Assembly (NCBI GenBank): GCA_964016885.1
Contig: OZ024750.1
Location: 14,880,001 to 14,944,000 of the forward strand
Length of the DNA: 64,000 nucleotides
Origin: Eledone cirrhosa
Lineage: Eukaryota
Direction: 5' to 3'
Part shown: positions 12,091-25,846 of the stretch, one piece after another
How the letters are laid out: every line of letters starts with the position of its first letter
How positions within the stretch are numbered: the first letter of the stretch is position 1
Translations under genes and position numbers: made by a program
Notes under the pieces: generated by a model
Database searches by the model: none
The model's input: only the letters and a program-made list of their open reading frames with translations
What the model was told of the DNA's origin: nothing

Positions 12091-12093
<3 letters not shown>

Positions 12094-12136
<43 letters not shown>

Positions 12137-12793
12137 ATATGTATATATATATATGTATGTATATATGTATATATATATATGTATGTATATATGTATATAT
12201 ATGTGTCTATATATATGTATGTATGTATATATGTATATATATGTGTCTATATATATGTATGTATGTATATATATATGTATGTATATATGTATATATATGT
12301 GTCTATATATATGTATGTATGTATATATGTATATATATGTGTCTATATATATGTATGTATGTATATATGTATATATATGTGTCTATATATATGTATGTAT
12401 GTATATATGTATATATATGTGTCTATATATATGTATGTATGTATATATATATGTATGTATATATGTATATATATGTGTCTATATATATGTATGTATGTAT
12501 ATATGTATATATATGTGTCTATATATATGTATGTATGTATATATGTATATATATGTGTCTATATATATGTATGTATGTATATATGTATATATATGTGTCT
12601 ATATATATGTATGTATGTATATATGTATATATATGTGTCTATATATATGTATGTATGTATATATGTATATATATGTGTCTATATATATGTATGTATGTAT
12701 ATATGTATATATATGTGTCTATATATATGTATGTATGTATGTATATATGTATATATATGTGTCTATATATATATGTATATATATATATATGTA

Positions 12794-12864
<71 letters not shown>

Positions 12865-12912
12865 ACATGTATATATATGTGTCTATATGTATATATATAT
12901 ATATATATATAT
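12094..12912. repeat. Compound (TA)n/(TATG)n microsatellite with a 40-bp higher-order unit
   Basis: Repeating GTCTATATATATGTATGTATGTATATATGTATATATATGT. Confidence 0.95.
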
Positions 12913-13032
12913 AGGAACGGCTTGAGCTTAGCCGTCGGGGTCCTACTCGTTCCTATTACCCACTCTACTACCCTAAGTATTGAGTACTTTGGTGCATTAT
13001 GGTCCATCTGGTTCCTTACCATATTTCCATCG

Positions 13033-13035
<3 letters not shown>
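12911..13035 (+). mobile_element. (TA)n-anchored PLE-like 3' terminal fragment (family P2)
   Basis: Homologous to 20953-21060 (-); shares GTATTGAGTAC with the family P1 tail; starts with an ACGGCT/AGCCGT hairpin followed by C. Confidence 0.55.
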
Positions 13036-13074
<39 letters not shown>

Positions 13075-13218
13075 ACAAACACATACAAAACAATAAGTGT
13101 TATTAGGTTCACGCTTTAGATGAGAGAGAGAGAAAAGAAGTTCACCGTAATTGTGGAAGAAAAATATCATTGATGTAAACCAGTAGCGAGAAAGGCGCAG
13201 AGATATGTGAATAACATT

Positions 13219-13490
13219 AATTGTTTCTACTTTAGGCACAAGGCCAGCAATTACCCAGTTCATTACTGGTACTTTATTTTATCGACCCCGTAAGGATGAA
13301 AGGCAAAGTCAACCTCGGCGGGATTTGAACTCAGATCGTAAAGGGCCGTAACTCTATGCTGCAAAGCATGACGTCCGACCCTCTACCGATACTGCCAATC
13401 CACTGCAATAATAATAATAATAATAATTGTTTCTATTTTAGGCACAAGGCCAGCAATTACCCAGTTCATTACTGGTACTTTATTTTATCG
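13219..13490 (-). mobile_element. SINE family A full copy plus a partial tandem copy
   Basis: Two tails in tandem; flanked by the direct repeat ATATGTGAATAACATTAAT. Confidence 0.85.
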
Positions 13491-13596
13491 AGTTGTTATA
13501 TGTGAATAACATTAATAACAACTAACAAGTATGATTCCATCCAAACGTAAAAATAATGTAATTTCTGTAAATGACTTTATTTTTCTGTTTTTATAG

Positions 13597-13675
13597 AATA
13601 TTTCTGAAGGTAGAGGCTAAGGATAATGGTGCTAACCCGCAAACATCTTCTGTTGTTGTTAACATTAATATCATT
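13597..13675 (+). CDS. Cadherin exon 8 (IFLKVEAKDNGANPQTSSVVVNINII)
   Basis: ttatag/gtaagt; AxDxGxxP motif; phase 2 in. Confidence 0.93.
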
Positions 13676-13698
13676 GTAAGTAGACATGTCGTCTTATA

Positions 13699-15015
13699 AT
13701 TTCACTTTACGTCAACTCTAAGCTCAATATATTTCATTTTACGTCAACTCTAAACTCCACAATATATTTCACTTTACGTCAACTCTAAGCTAAATATATT
13801 TCACTTTACGTCAACTCTAAGCTCAATATATTTCACTTTACGTCAACTCTAAGCTAAATATATTTCACTTTACGTCAACTCTAAGCTAAATATATTTCAC
13901 TTTACGTCAACTCTAAGCTAAATATATTTCACTTTACGTCAACTCTAAGCTAAATATATTTCACTTTACGTCAACTCTAAGCTCAATATATTTCACTTTA
14001 CGTCAACTCTAAGCTAAATATCTTTCACTTTATGTCAACTCTAAGCTCAATATATTTCACTTTACGTCAACTCTAAGCTAAATATATTTCACTTTATGTC
14101 AACTCTAAGCTAAATATATTTCACTTTACGTCAACTCTAAGCTCAACATATTTCACTTTACGTCAACTCTAAGCTCAATATATTTCACTTTACGTCAACT
14201 CTAAACTCCACAATATATTTCACTTTACGTCAATTCTAAGCTCAATATATTTCACTTTACGTCAACTCTAAGCTCAATATATTTCACTTTACGTCAACTC
14301 TAAGCTAAATATATTTCACTTTACGTCAACTCTAAGCTAAATATATTTCACTTTACGTCAACTCTAAGCTAAATATATTTCACTTTACGTCAACTCTAAA
14401 CTCCACAATATATTTCACTTTACGTCAATTCTAAGCTCAATATATTTCACTTTACGTCAACTCTAAGCTCAACATATTTCACTTTACGTCAACTCTAAAC
14501 TCCACAATATATTTCACTTTACGTCAATTCTAAGCTCAATATATTTCACTTTACGTCAACTCTAAGCTCAATATATTTCACTTTACGTCAACTCTAAACT
14601 CCACAATATATTTCACTTTACGTCAATTCTAAGCTAAATATATTTCACTTTACGTCAACTCTAAGCTCAATATATTTCACTTTACGTCAACTCTAAGCTA
14701 AATATATTTCACTTTACGTCAACTCTAAGCTAAATATATTTCACTTTACGTCAACTCTAAGCTCAACATATTTCACTTTACGTCAACTCTAAGCTCAATA
14801 TATTTCACTTTACGTCAACTCTAAACTCCACAATATATTTCACTTTACGTCAATTCTAAGCTCAATATATTCCACTTTACGTCAACTCTAAGCTAAATAT
14901 ATTTCACTTTACGTCAACTCTAAGCTAAATATATTTCACTTTACGTCAACTCTAAGCTCAACATATTTCACTTTACGCCAACTTTAAACTCCACAATATA
15001 TTTCACTTTACGACA
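13699..15015. repeat. 32-bp minisatellite (TTTCACTTTACGTCAACTCTAAGCTCAATATA, with a 34-bp variant), about 40 units
   Basis: Tandem array starting about 24 bp after the exon 8 donor. Confidence 0.97.
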
Positions 15016-15090
15016 ATTGTACACCCCCGCCTTCAACAAAGCGGTGTCTACACCAATAGTTAGGATCTTCTCGAAACTATTAAATAAACA

Positions 15091-15156
<66 letters not shown>

Positions 15157-15199
15157 TTACTTAAACTTTAATCTGTTCTTATAATATATATATACTTAT

Positions 15200-15518
15200 G
15201 CTCCTTATTCTAGATCTTCCATATCTAGAATAAGGAGCAGATATTGCAATAGCCCGGGGTTCAAGGGCCCTCAACTCTTCAACAAGCTGCCGAGGGATCT
15301 GAGAGATCTGCATGGTGCGGAGGTGGATGTCATCTCGACACCTTGCTATCCAGGATCCAGGATGGGCCCACAGCAAGGCACGAGGGAGAACTAAGGGCAG
15401 CAGCAACAAACTCCCTCTTACACCAGTGGCCAACCTATACAGGCTGGAGATAAAATGTGTAGCAACAAGGGCGGTGCCCCAGCATGGCCTCAGCCGGATG
15501 GCTGGAACAGGTAAAAGA

Positions 15519-15520
<2 letters not shown>
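15200..15520 (+). mobile_element. CR1-group LINE 3' fragment
   Basis: Translates GFKGPQLFNKLPRDLRDLHG...RAAATNSLL; bounded by TA-rich tracts. Confidence 0.65.
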
Positions 15521-15596
<76 letters not shown>

Positions 15597-15630
15597 AAAT
15601 GAAAATCCGAAGGCAAGGTAAAATTCCAAT

Positions 15631-15716
15631 CATTTATTCACGACACATGTTTCAATAAGAGATAGATCGATTGTGAAGCCATGATCGATTATCACTGATC
15701 TCATCAGGTGAAAATG
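15631..15716 (-). ncRNA. Type I hammerhead ribozyme motif with a long stem II
   Basis: Minus strand ttcac-CTGATGA-[long imperfect hairpin]-GAAA-CATGTG-TC-gtgaa; stem I TTCAC/GTGAA, GUC triplet, AATAAA directly after. Confidence 0.72.
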
Positions 15717-15822
15717 AATTGTCTTCAAATTCTTGATATGAAGGAGAAAAATTAAATTCCCTCATATAACATAAAGTTATTGGACCATTTTACACAACCA
15801 ATAATGCACCTTACTATATAAC

Positions 15823-15864
<42 letters not shown>

Positions 15865-16008
15865 ATTTAGAGTTTACACTCAATGGGGTCATTTACAATT
15901 ATTTTAGCTCTAAGAACCATTTCTGAGCAGTGTTTGAATTAAGATATTTCATTCTAGCTATTTTATTGTCAATTACAACAAAAACACGTAAGTGTTTATC
16001 ATATATTA

Positions 16009-16050
<42 letters not shown>

Positions 16051-16145
16051 GTTTATTTAATAGTTTCGAGAAGATCCTAGCTATTAGTGTAGACAGTAGA
16101 CACTGCCTTGTTGAAGGAGAGGGTGCACAATTGACATAAAGTGAA

Positions 16146-16185
<40 letters not shown>

Positions 16186-16247
16186 CTTTGTGTGTGTGTG
16201 TGTGTGTGTGTATGTGAAGACTAAAATCCGAAGAGGGTTCGATAAGG

Positions 16248-16302
<55 letters not shown>

Positions 16303-16386
16303 AAGGATTATATATATTCATATATATATATAATATATATATACATATATATAATCCTTATCGAACCCTCTTCGGATTTTAGTCTT

Positions 16387-16418
<32 letters not shown>

Positions 16419-16421
16419 AAG

Positions 16422-16471
<50 letters not shown>

Positions 16472-16576
16472 GCGCACGCATATATGTGTACGTATGTATA
16501 TATGGTTCACGTACTTTCATATATATGTGGATGTGGGGACATATTTTTGTTAATACATAGCTTCTTTATTCTTCAG

Positions 16577-16649
16577 GATGTCAACAACTATAATCCCACT
16601 TTCCTGCATTCTACATATAGCGCAAGCGTGAAAGAATTAACACCTGGTG
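16577..16649 (+). CDS. Cadherin exon 9 (DVNNYNPTFLHSTYSASVKELTPG)
   Basis: cttcag/gtaagt; DVNN linker; phase 1 out. Confidence 0.93.
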
Positions 16650-16665
16650 GTAAGTATAATAATAT

Positions 16666-17164
16666 AATTGTTTCTACTTTTGGCACAAGGCCAGCAATTA
16701 TCCCAGTACATTACTGGTACTTTATTTTATCGACCCCCGTAAGGATGAAAGGCAAAGTTAACCTCGGTGGGATTTGAACTCAGAATGGCAAGGGCCGTAA
16801 CTCTATGCATCAAAGCATGGTGTCCGACCGATACTGCCAATCCATCACCATTAATAATAATTGTTTCTACTTTAGGCACAAGGCCAGCAATTACCCAGTG
16901 CATTACTGGTACTTTATTTTATCGACCCCCGTAAGGATGAAAGGCAAAGTTAACCTCGGTGGGATTTGAACTCAGAATGGCAAGGGCCGTAACTCTATGC
17001 ATCAAAGCATGGTGTCCGACCGATACTGCCAATCCATCACCATTAATAATAATTGTTTCTACTTTAGGCACAAGGCCAGCAATTACCCAGTGCATTACTG
17101 GTACTTTATTTTATCGACCCCGTAAAGATGAAAGGCAAAGTTAACCTCGGCGGGTTTTGAACTC
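16666..17164 (-). mobile_element. Tandem trimer of SINE family A
   Basis: Three head-to-tail units of about 190 bp; the first two share a private deletion in the head and the third is cut at the B box. Confidence 0.88.
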
Positions 17165-17166
17165 AT

Positions 17167-17303
17167 TGGATTGACAGTATCGGTAGAGGGTCGGACACCA
17201 TGCTTTGACGCGTAGAGTTACGGCCCTTGCAATTCTGAGTTCAAATCCCGCGGAGGTTAACTTTACCTTTCATCCTTACGGGGTCGATAAAATAAAGTAC
17301 CAG
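17167..17303 (+). mobile_element. SINE family A, inverted copy abutting the trimer
   Basis: Head and core on the + strand, tail absent. Confidence 0.85.
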
Positions 17304-17797
17304 TACCTGTTTGGGGGAAAGGAATCGGAAATAGCTTATATACATGAGGAAGATAAATATAGGATCTTCGTGATATCATCAGTCGTCACATAGAACTTCA
17401 TCGGAAAGTGAAATTAAAGGGTTTTTAAACTTTTCTAGAGTGCATGACTACTTTTAGGATTTGCTGCTTATCTGTAGTGAAATCTAGACATGTGGTTGCA
17501 GTTGGCTGCGATATGCGGCGATAAGCTATGGCCTGAAAGTTAAGAACAGTGCAGTTGATTATAGTAACAGCTGAAATAGCAAAGAAAATGACTTAGAGAT
17601 TGAAGATTTTCAATTATCGATCAAGCAGATGGTTTTCTTGAAGCAATAAAAACTCAATAATATGTAGTTAATATACTTTATAACTGAGAATTTTACCAGA
17701 CGAGTAGTAATGAAAAGCTGTTTCCAAAATACACAAATCACGCCCCTTCTTCCCGTCATTTTCTGTCTGTCCGCTTGTCTATCTTTCTTTCCCCTAT

Positions 17798-18016
17798 AAT
17801 GGTTTCTTATATAGACACAAGGCCAGCAATTTTAGGAGAGGGGTAAGTCAATTAAATCGACCCCAGTGCGTGACTGGTACTTTATTTTATCGACCCTATA
17901 AGAATGAAAGGCAAAGTTAATCTCGGCGGGATTTGAACTCAGATCATAAAGGGCCGTAACTCTATGCTGCAAAGCATAGTGTCCGACCTTCTACCGATAC
18001 TGCCAAGCCACCGCCC
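17798..18016 (-). mobile_element. SINE family A (tail type 2)
   Basis: Reverse complement of the consensus. Confidence 0.85.
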
Positions 18017-18204
18017 TTCTCCCCTCTATAGTAGTAATGAAAAGCTGTTTCCAAAATACACAAATCACGCCCCTTCTCCTCATTCTCTGTCTGTCCGTAT
18101 GTCCCCCCCCACTCTCTCTCCGCACATACATATAATCTACACACACACATCATTTACATAATATTTATATAAAATGTGATACACATGTAAAAAACAATGT
18201 GGGG

Positions 18205-18810
18205 ATTTATGTACATACATATATATTCATACATACATACATATATTCATACATACACATATTCATACATATATATATTCATACATACATACATATATTC
18301 ATACATACATACACATATTCATGTATATATAAATACATACATACATATATTCATACATACACATATTCATACATATATATATTCATACATACATACATAT
18401 ATTCATACATACATACACATATTCATGTATATATAAATACATACATACATATATTCATACATACACATATCCATACATACATATATCCATACATACATAC
18501 ATATATTCATACATACACATATCCATACATACATAAATACATACATACATACATATATTCATACATCATACATATATTCATACATACACATATTCATACA
18601 TACATAAATACATACATACATACACATATTCATACATACACATATCCATACATACATATATTCATACATACACACATATATTCATACACATATTCATACA
18701 TACATAAATACATACATATACATATTCATACATACACATATTCATTCATACACATATTCATACATACATACACACATTCATACATACACATATGCATACA
18801 TACATACATA
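18205..18810. repeat. Compound (CATA)n microsatellite
   Basis: ATTCATACATACAC-type units. Confidence 0.9.
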
Positions 18811-18978
18811 CCGTATTTCCCGGTGCCGAAGACGCTGCGTCCTCGAGGGCGCACCCTAATTTTGACAACCAAAAATTTGAAAAAAAATAATAAATAACCT
18901 TCGGCCTCCAGGACGCATGGTAGATTTTTGAGACTTATTTTAGGAAAAAAGTAGCGTCTTCGACGCCGGGAAGTACGG
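18811..18978. mobile_element. pogo/Tc2-type MITE
   Basis: 26-bp TIR CCGTAYTTCCCGGYGYCGAAGACGCT with TA on both sides. Confidence 0.88.
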
Positions 18979-19024
18979 TACATACATACATACATACATA
19001 CACGCAAACATGCGCATATACATA

Positions 19025-19890
19025 CGAGGTGTGTCAGAAAAGTTCCAGGACTGATGTCACAAAAGATTTATTTCAAACCCAAACTTCACACTAAGAGTTT
19101 TTTCCTTCAAAGTAATCCCCCTGGAGTCTAATGTACTTTTCCATCCTTTTCTGCCACGCTTGCATGCACTCCTGGAAGGATTCTTCCGGGATCCTCCGCA
19201 GTTCCGTCGTCACGGCCTTTTTGATGTCGTCCACGTCTTCAAAACGGGTCTCCTCCGGGTCGTACTCGAAGATCCATGACTCATCACCGGTGATGACTGT
19301 CCCTAGCAAGACTGGTTCGGTTTCAAGACGCTCGAGGATGTCCTGGCACACTTGCATGCGTCGACCCTTCTGGTCATCGTTCAGCAGTTTTGGCACCATC
19401 TTCGCCGCAGACTTTCCGCATGTCCAAATCTTCAGTGGGAATCTTCCAGACGCTGTCCCGATTCATGCCCAGCTCATTTGCCATCAGTCGAACAGTCAGC
19501 CGACGATCGCTACGCATCATCTGCCTGACGCGCTCAACGTTGACCTCAGTCCTGGTTGTTGAGGGCCTTCCGCTTCTGGGGTCATCTTGCACCACTCAAA
19601 AACACGTGAGCGTGACATCGTCTCATCTCCATACACTTGCTGCAGCAATCCCAGTGCTTCTGACGGAGTTTTCAAGTTTGTTCGTTGCTCTGTGCTCATT
19701 GCTTGACGACCTGAAACAGAGGACATGTATATAAAATTATGAAGAAAAAAGTTTGATCGCTGCAGAGAGCTAAGATTACAGTTACATACTCCAGGGGGAT
19801 TACTTTGAAGGAGAAAACTCTTAGTCTGAGGTTTGGGTTTGAAATAAATCTTTTGTGACATCAGTCCTGGAACTTTTCTGACACACCTCG
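19025..19890 (-). mobile_element. Internally deleted mariner transposon with 103-bp terminal inverted repeats
   Basis: TA TSD; fragments DDPRSGRPST, VPKLL, ITGDESWIFEYDPE and GDYFEG; frameshifted, middle of the DD34D domain deleted. Confidence 0.95.
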
Positions 19891-20512
19891 TACATATATA
19901 CAAATTCCATCAGATCATACATAGACATCTCGTGAATGAAATAGATCTGTAGTCAATGTTTTAGAAATAACACAGGATATTTGAAAGGAACACAATTGGC
20001 TTTATGTCTAAGTGGAATTGATTTGACTAAAAATATCTTAAACTATATTGTGATATTACCTAATGAAATAAAAAAATATACGGTATGATGACTAGGCATA
20101 TCGTCACACATTAGCAAAAAAAAGAAAGAATATAGTCGTAAATTAATTGCCTCCCTACCCACACCAAAGATATTGCCGATCTTGAACCTATATTAGAAAA
20201 TATTTTGCTGGTTTCAGAGCTGATGAGGGTGAAGGTGTGTGTGTGTGTGTGAACTAGTCTTGTACATCACCTTTTTTTATTTTCTTCTCCCGGTCTCTTC
20301 TGTGCGCAAGCGCACTTCCCCTTGTCTTCCTCCTCTTTTAATCATTTCTATATTTCATCTGCCAGTCATCCACCTTGTGGATTGCCTCTCCGTTGACCGC
20401 TGGTCGTTGGTCGCTAGTCTCTGTCCCATGAGGCATTTTTGCCCGTTGCTGTCTTTGACAGCACATAGCTGTTTTAATGGTTATTCTAGCGATGAGTTAT
20501 ATATGTATTTAT

Positions 20513-20550
<38 letters not shown>

Positions 20551-20887
20551 TTATCATCATCATCGTTTAACGTCCATCTTCCATGCTTGCATGGGTTTGG
20601 ACGGGAATTTTCCCACTTGAGGCAAGATTGGTTGTCTTGCTCGTATAGGACTGTCTGGCGGGTTTTCTACGGTTGGATGCCCTTCCTAACACCAACCACG
20701 TTTACAGTGTGGACTGGGAGGTTTTTACCGTGTTACCTACACAGCCACATTACAGCGTGGACTGTGTGTTTATATATACATATTTATATATATATATTTA
20801 TGTATATATATATATATATTTATGTATATATAATGATATATATATATTTATATATATATATATTATATATAAATATATATATATATT

Positions 20888-21196
<309 letters not shown>

Positions 21197-21238
21197 TTGT
21201 TTAACATCTAATTCCTTAACTGTATCATTTTCTATTCA

Positions 21239-21424
21239 TGTGAATTGGCAGTGTCGGTAGAGGGTTGGACGCCATGTTTTCTAGCATAGTTACGTACCTT
21301 TACAGTCTGAGTTCAAATCCCGCCGAGGTTAACTTTGCCTTTCATCCTTACGGGGTCGATAAAATAAAGTACCAGTAATGTACTGGGTAATTGCTGGCCT
21401 TGTGCCTAAAGTAGAAACAATTAT
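21239..21424 (+). mobile_element. SINE family A (tail type 1)
   Basis: Head, core and tail. Confidence 0.85.
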
Positions 21425-21689
21425 TTTGTGTATTAAAAGTAAATATATTTTATTATATTTTTTTAATCTTATTTCCCCTCAAAATTGGAGATCTGTTTAG
21501 CTATTATAAGATTTTCATTTTTATTATTAAAAAATATATATTTATATATTTACATATCAGATAAATAACCTAACAAGTTTTGGAAATTTTCTTGAAAAGA
21601 TCATCTGCTGAAAGAAATAGCAGAAAACTCATAAACATCTACAATACAAACAACACAGAACACATATACTTATATCTGAAACAGATACA

Positions 21690-22425
<736 letters not shown>

Positions 22426-22657
22426 CAAGCTGTGAATCTATTTAAATTTATTAACCTAAAGATCACTTGATTTCAGTATTGCTTGAGGCTCAGACATGAA
22501 TGAAAAAAAAATATTTATGCTAAATTCTTCTTTGTGTAGTTTACTACAGACAAAAACCATATTCTATTGCACACACATTGATCTTATCTCGTCAACTAAA
22601 ATATTCGGCACTGTGACAGTTTACATGACAATCACCACTAACAACACAACCCGGCTA

Positions 22658-22860
22658 ATATTGGTTTCTTATATAGGCACAAGGCCAGCACTTTAGGGGG
22701 AGGGGAAAGTCGATTAAATCGATACCAGTGCGTTTTATCGACCCCCGCCCCCCCCCGTAACGATGGAAGGCAAAGTTAACCTCAGCGGGATTTGGACTCA
22801 GATCATAAAGGGCCGTAACTCTATGCTGCAAAGCATGGCGTCCGATCCTCTATCGATTCT
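22658..22860 (-). mobile_element. SINE family A (tail type 2)
   Basis: Reverse complement of the consensus. Confidence 0.8.
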
Positions 22861-23665
22861 GGAAATTTCCTTCGTCTACGAGTACTTTATAAAGAGGTTG
22901 TCTTTCTGTTTTTATACACAATTCAGTAAATTTATTGTAAAAAGTTCAAGTGTCTTTTGTGGTTATGAAAACGGAAAAGGAAGGTAAATGCAAGTGCTCT
23001 AGGGTCAGAGAAGAGTGGGAGGGAGGAATGAGGAGGGTGATGGGCTCTAGGCCTAGGGAGCGGCGGTATTGGTGCTGAGCAAGACCGCAAAAGCATTCCC
23101 GCGGACAGCGGTCAGCGACACCCGCTGCAACGGCCACCCGAACTCGCGGCAGGGCTCCTTCCCCAGACAGGTTGCTGATATTCCGATCTTGCAGAGGAGC
23201 TCGGCGGCAGTACGGGGTCCAAGTATGCCTGAGGTCTCGAAGGCGATCTGGGTTATATGCAGCAATTGTTTTCATTACTATTTTGGTCTTGTTTTCGCTT
23301 GTTTCATTTTGTTTCACCTGTTTCAACCGCTGGAAGAAATCGTTTATCGAACAGCACTAAATACAATTTTAAATTTATCACTTAAATATTATGACAGTTA
23401 TTAAATGGATTATTGACGTTACCAGTCAACTAGTGTTAAAAAATATCTGTTTATAAGTCATGCCACAACGGTTTGTTCTGTCAATTGTAGTAGAATGAAA
23501 AGGCATTAAAAAATAAAAGTTAATGATAAATCCGATCCTCATTTTTCAAAATCGAACGTACCGTTATCAAATCCCTCTCTTAAAGTATTAAAATAAGTTT
23601 TTTTAAAAATCAATTTACTTTTCTTTTAAAGAAGCAGTAGGTAACAACATATCAGATTTTGAAAT

Positions 23666-24097
23666 ATTGGTTTCTGATTTATGCACAAGTCCAGTGATTT
23701 TAGGAGAGGGGAAAATCGATTAAATCGAACCCAGTGCGTGACTAGTACTTTATTTATCGACCCCGTAAGGATGAAAGGCAAAGCTAACCTTGGCGGGTTT
23801 TGAAATAATTGTTTCTACTTTTGGTACAAGGCCAGCAATTATCCCAGTGTATTACTGGTACTTTATTTTATCGACCCCGTAAGGACGAAAGGCAAAGTTA
23901 AACTCTTTGAAGGGCGGTGGTTTGGCAGTATCGGTAGAGCGTCAGACACCATGCTTTGCAGCATAGAGTTATGTCCCTTTGTGTTCCGAGTTAAAATCTG
24001 CCGAGGTTAACTTTGCCTTTCATCCTTACAGGGTCGATAAAATAAAGTACCAGTGATGTACTGGGGTAATCGCTGGCCTTGTGCCAAAAGTAGAAAC
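23666..24097. mobile_element. Cluster of three SINE family A pieces (two -, one +)
   Basis: Cores near 23740-23800 (-), 23850-23900 (-) and 24000-24055 (+). Confidence 0.8.
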
Positions 24098-24182
24098 TCT
24101 CTTTGAAATAATTGCTTTCTTTTATCCATCTCTCTTTCTGTTTCTCTCTCTCTCTGACATTGAAAGGGATGGTCTGATAATT

Positions 24183-24470
24183 TCTTCTTCTTCTTCTTCT
24201 TCTTCTTCTTCTTGAATGCCGAGTCCTCAAACCCTCCTTCCAGCGGGTCCTGTCAGAAGCAACCGTCTCCAATTGATCCGGCTAGATCTCCAAGCGAGAC
24301 CAGCCGAGCTCACGGATGCTATCCAACTATCTTACTCGGGGGTCTACCCCTGGGTCCCTTACCGACTGGTTTTCCCCGTAAAATCTGTAGATATTCAGCT
24401 GATAAAAAAAGATGGAATGTATGGTTACCATTCGAAGAAATGTCATTGATGCGTATTTCGTCCTTCTTCA
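24183..24470 (-). mobile_element. RTE-like LINE 3' end with (AAG)n tail
   Basis: GKPVGKGPRGRP...ASDRTRWK translation followed by a trinucleotide tail. Confidence 0.65.
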
Positions 24471-25025
24471 CACACAAAAGCTTCCATTTATATATAAATA
24501 TATAAATGCGTAGGTGTAGACTGTAGCCACGTGACCGTACATACGCAATATTTAAGTGCACATATGTGCTGGCATTATGCAACATAATTCTTTTGCCAGG
24601 ACTGCTTGCTTGTAGCTTTATGCACCACTGTGTAGCGTTTGATTTATTTCAATGTAATAATAGAGTCATGAAGCTTAGAACTTTCATTGTTTTGTGGTTA
24701 CACAAAACAGATTTAGTCAGCGAAACACAAACGTTCTGCTTGGAAAAACAGATCTTCCTTAAATTAAAAAAAGATAGATGAAGTCCCAGATAATGGGGTC
24801 TTGGATACACTGTGTCTGAAAAATTAGAAGATTAGTCATGGATGCTATATTAATAGCAAAATATAAGGTCAAACTGAAAATACGATCGTAATAAACTAGT
24901 AAGGAAACTAACATCAGACACAAAAGCCAAGCTGTTTACTGGTTTTTTTGAGAGACCTGACGTCAATAGTCATAGGATTTAAAAATAGATAACTTAAGTA
25001 AACTAACATACAATTATGCGAAACT

Positions 25026-25058
<33 letters not shown>

Positions 25059-25106
25059 CATACATATATATATATATATATATTTTCATACATACATACA
25101 TATATG

Positions 25107-25188
<82 letters not shown>

Positions 25189-25388
25189 CAAGGCCAGCAA
25201 TTTTGGGGGAGGGGAAAGTCGATTAAATCGACCCCAGTACGTGACTGGTACTTTATTTTATCGACCCCGTAACGATGAAAGGCAAAGTTAACCTCGGCGG
25301 GATTTGAACTCAGATCATAAAGGGCCGTAACTCTATGCTGCAAACCATTGCGTCCGACCCTCTACCGATACTGCCAATCCACCGCCCT
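25189..25388 (-). mobile_element. SINE family A (tail type 2)
   Basis: Reverse complement of the consensus. Confidence 0.85.
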
Positions 25389-25549
25389 CACACAAATATA
25401 TATATGAACTAACTCTCTAACTATATATATATATATATATGGGGTTTTTATTTATTTATTTTAATTTATTTTTTTATTTATTTTATTTATTTATTCTTTT
25501 ATCTATTTATTTATTCATTTATTTATTTATTTACTTATTTATTTATTTC

Positions 25550-25846
25550 AAAAAAGCACTCTGGCTAATTGACCACTCCCCAAAGAAAAAACGGCCTGTG
25601 CCATGAAGTGGTCCTGTGTATCTGAATACCACCCCCCTTCCACCACCCCTCCCTTACCACTACCTAAATGTATAAATACCAGAACTTAATATGACACCCA
25701 GCTTCCTGAAGATTTCATCTGAATGAAACAGTACTAGTCCTGTAGAAGCTCCTTCTATAAAATAAAAAAAAAAATAAAAAATTTACTCTGCCATGTATTG
25801 AGTACCTTACTTACTGTGGTTATCCCCGACTCAACCCGGGACCTAC

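Noticed and set aside
11987-13119. Long YI/CM/VY-rich ORFs (also near 18.2, 20.2-22.4, 29.7-30.4, 34.5 and 50-51 kb)
   Set aside because: Microsatellite translations of (TA)n, (CA)n and (TATG)n.
20220-20240. CTGATGAG as a hammerhead core
   Set aside because: No stem II or GAAA partner follows. Similar isolated hits at 37309, 42375 and 42795 were also dropped.
22990-23340. GC-rich block with overlapping ORFs (similar blocks at 26950-27290, 28830-29200 and 36130-36480)
   Set aside because: No recognisable protein motif or splice pattern; probably repeat UTR fragments (27130-27200 recurs inverted near 56000-56060), but I cannot classify them.
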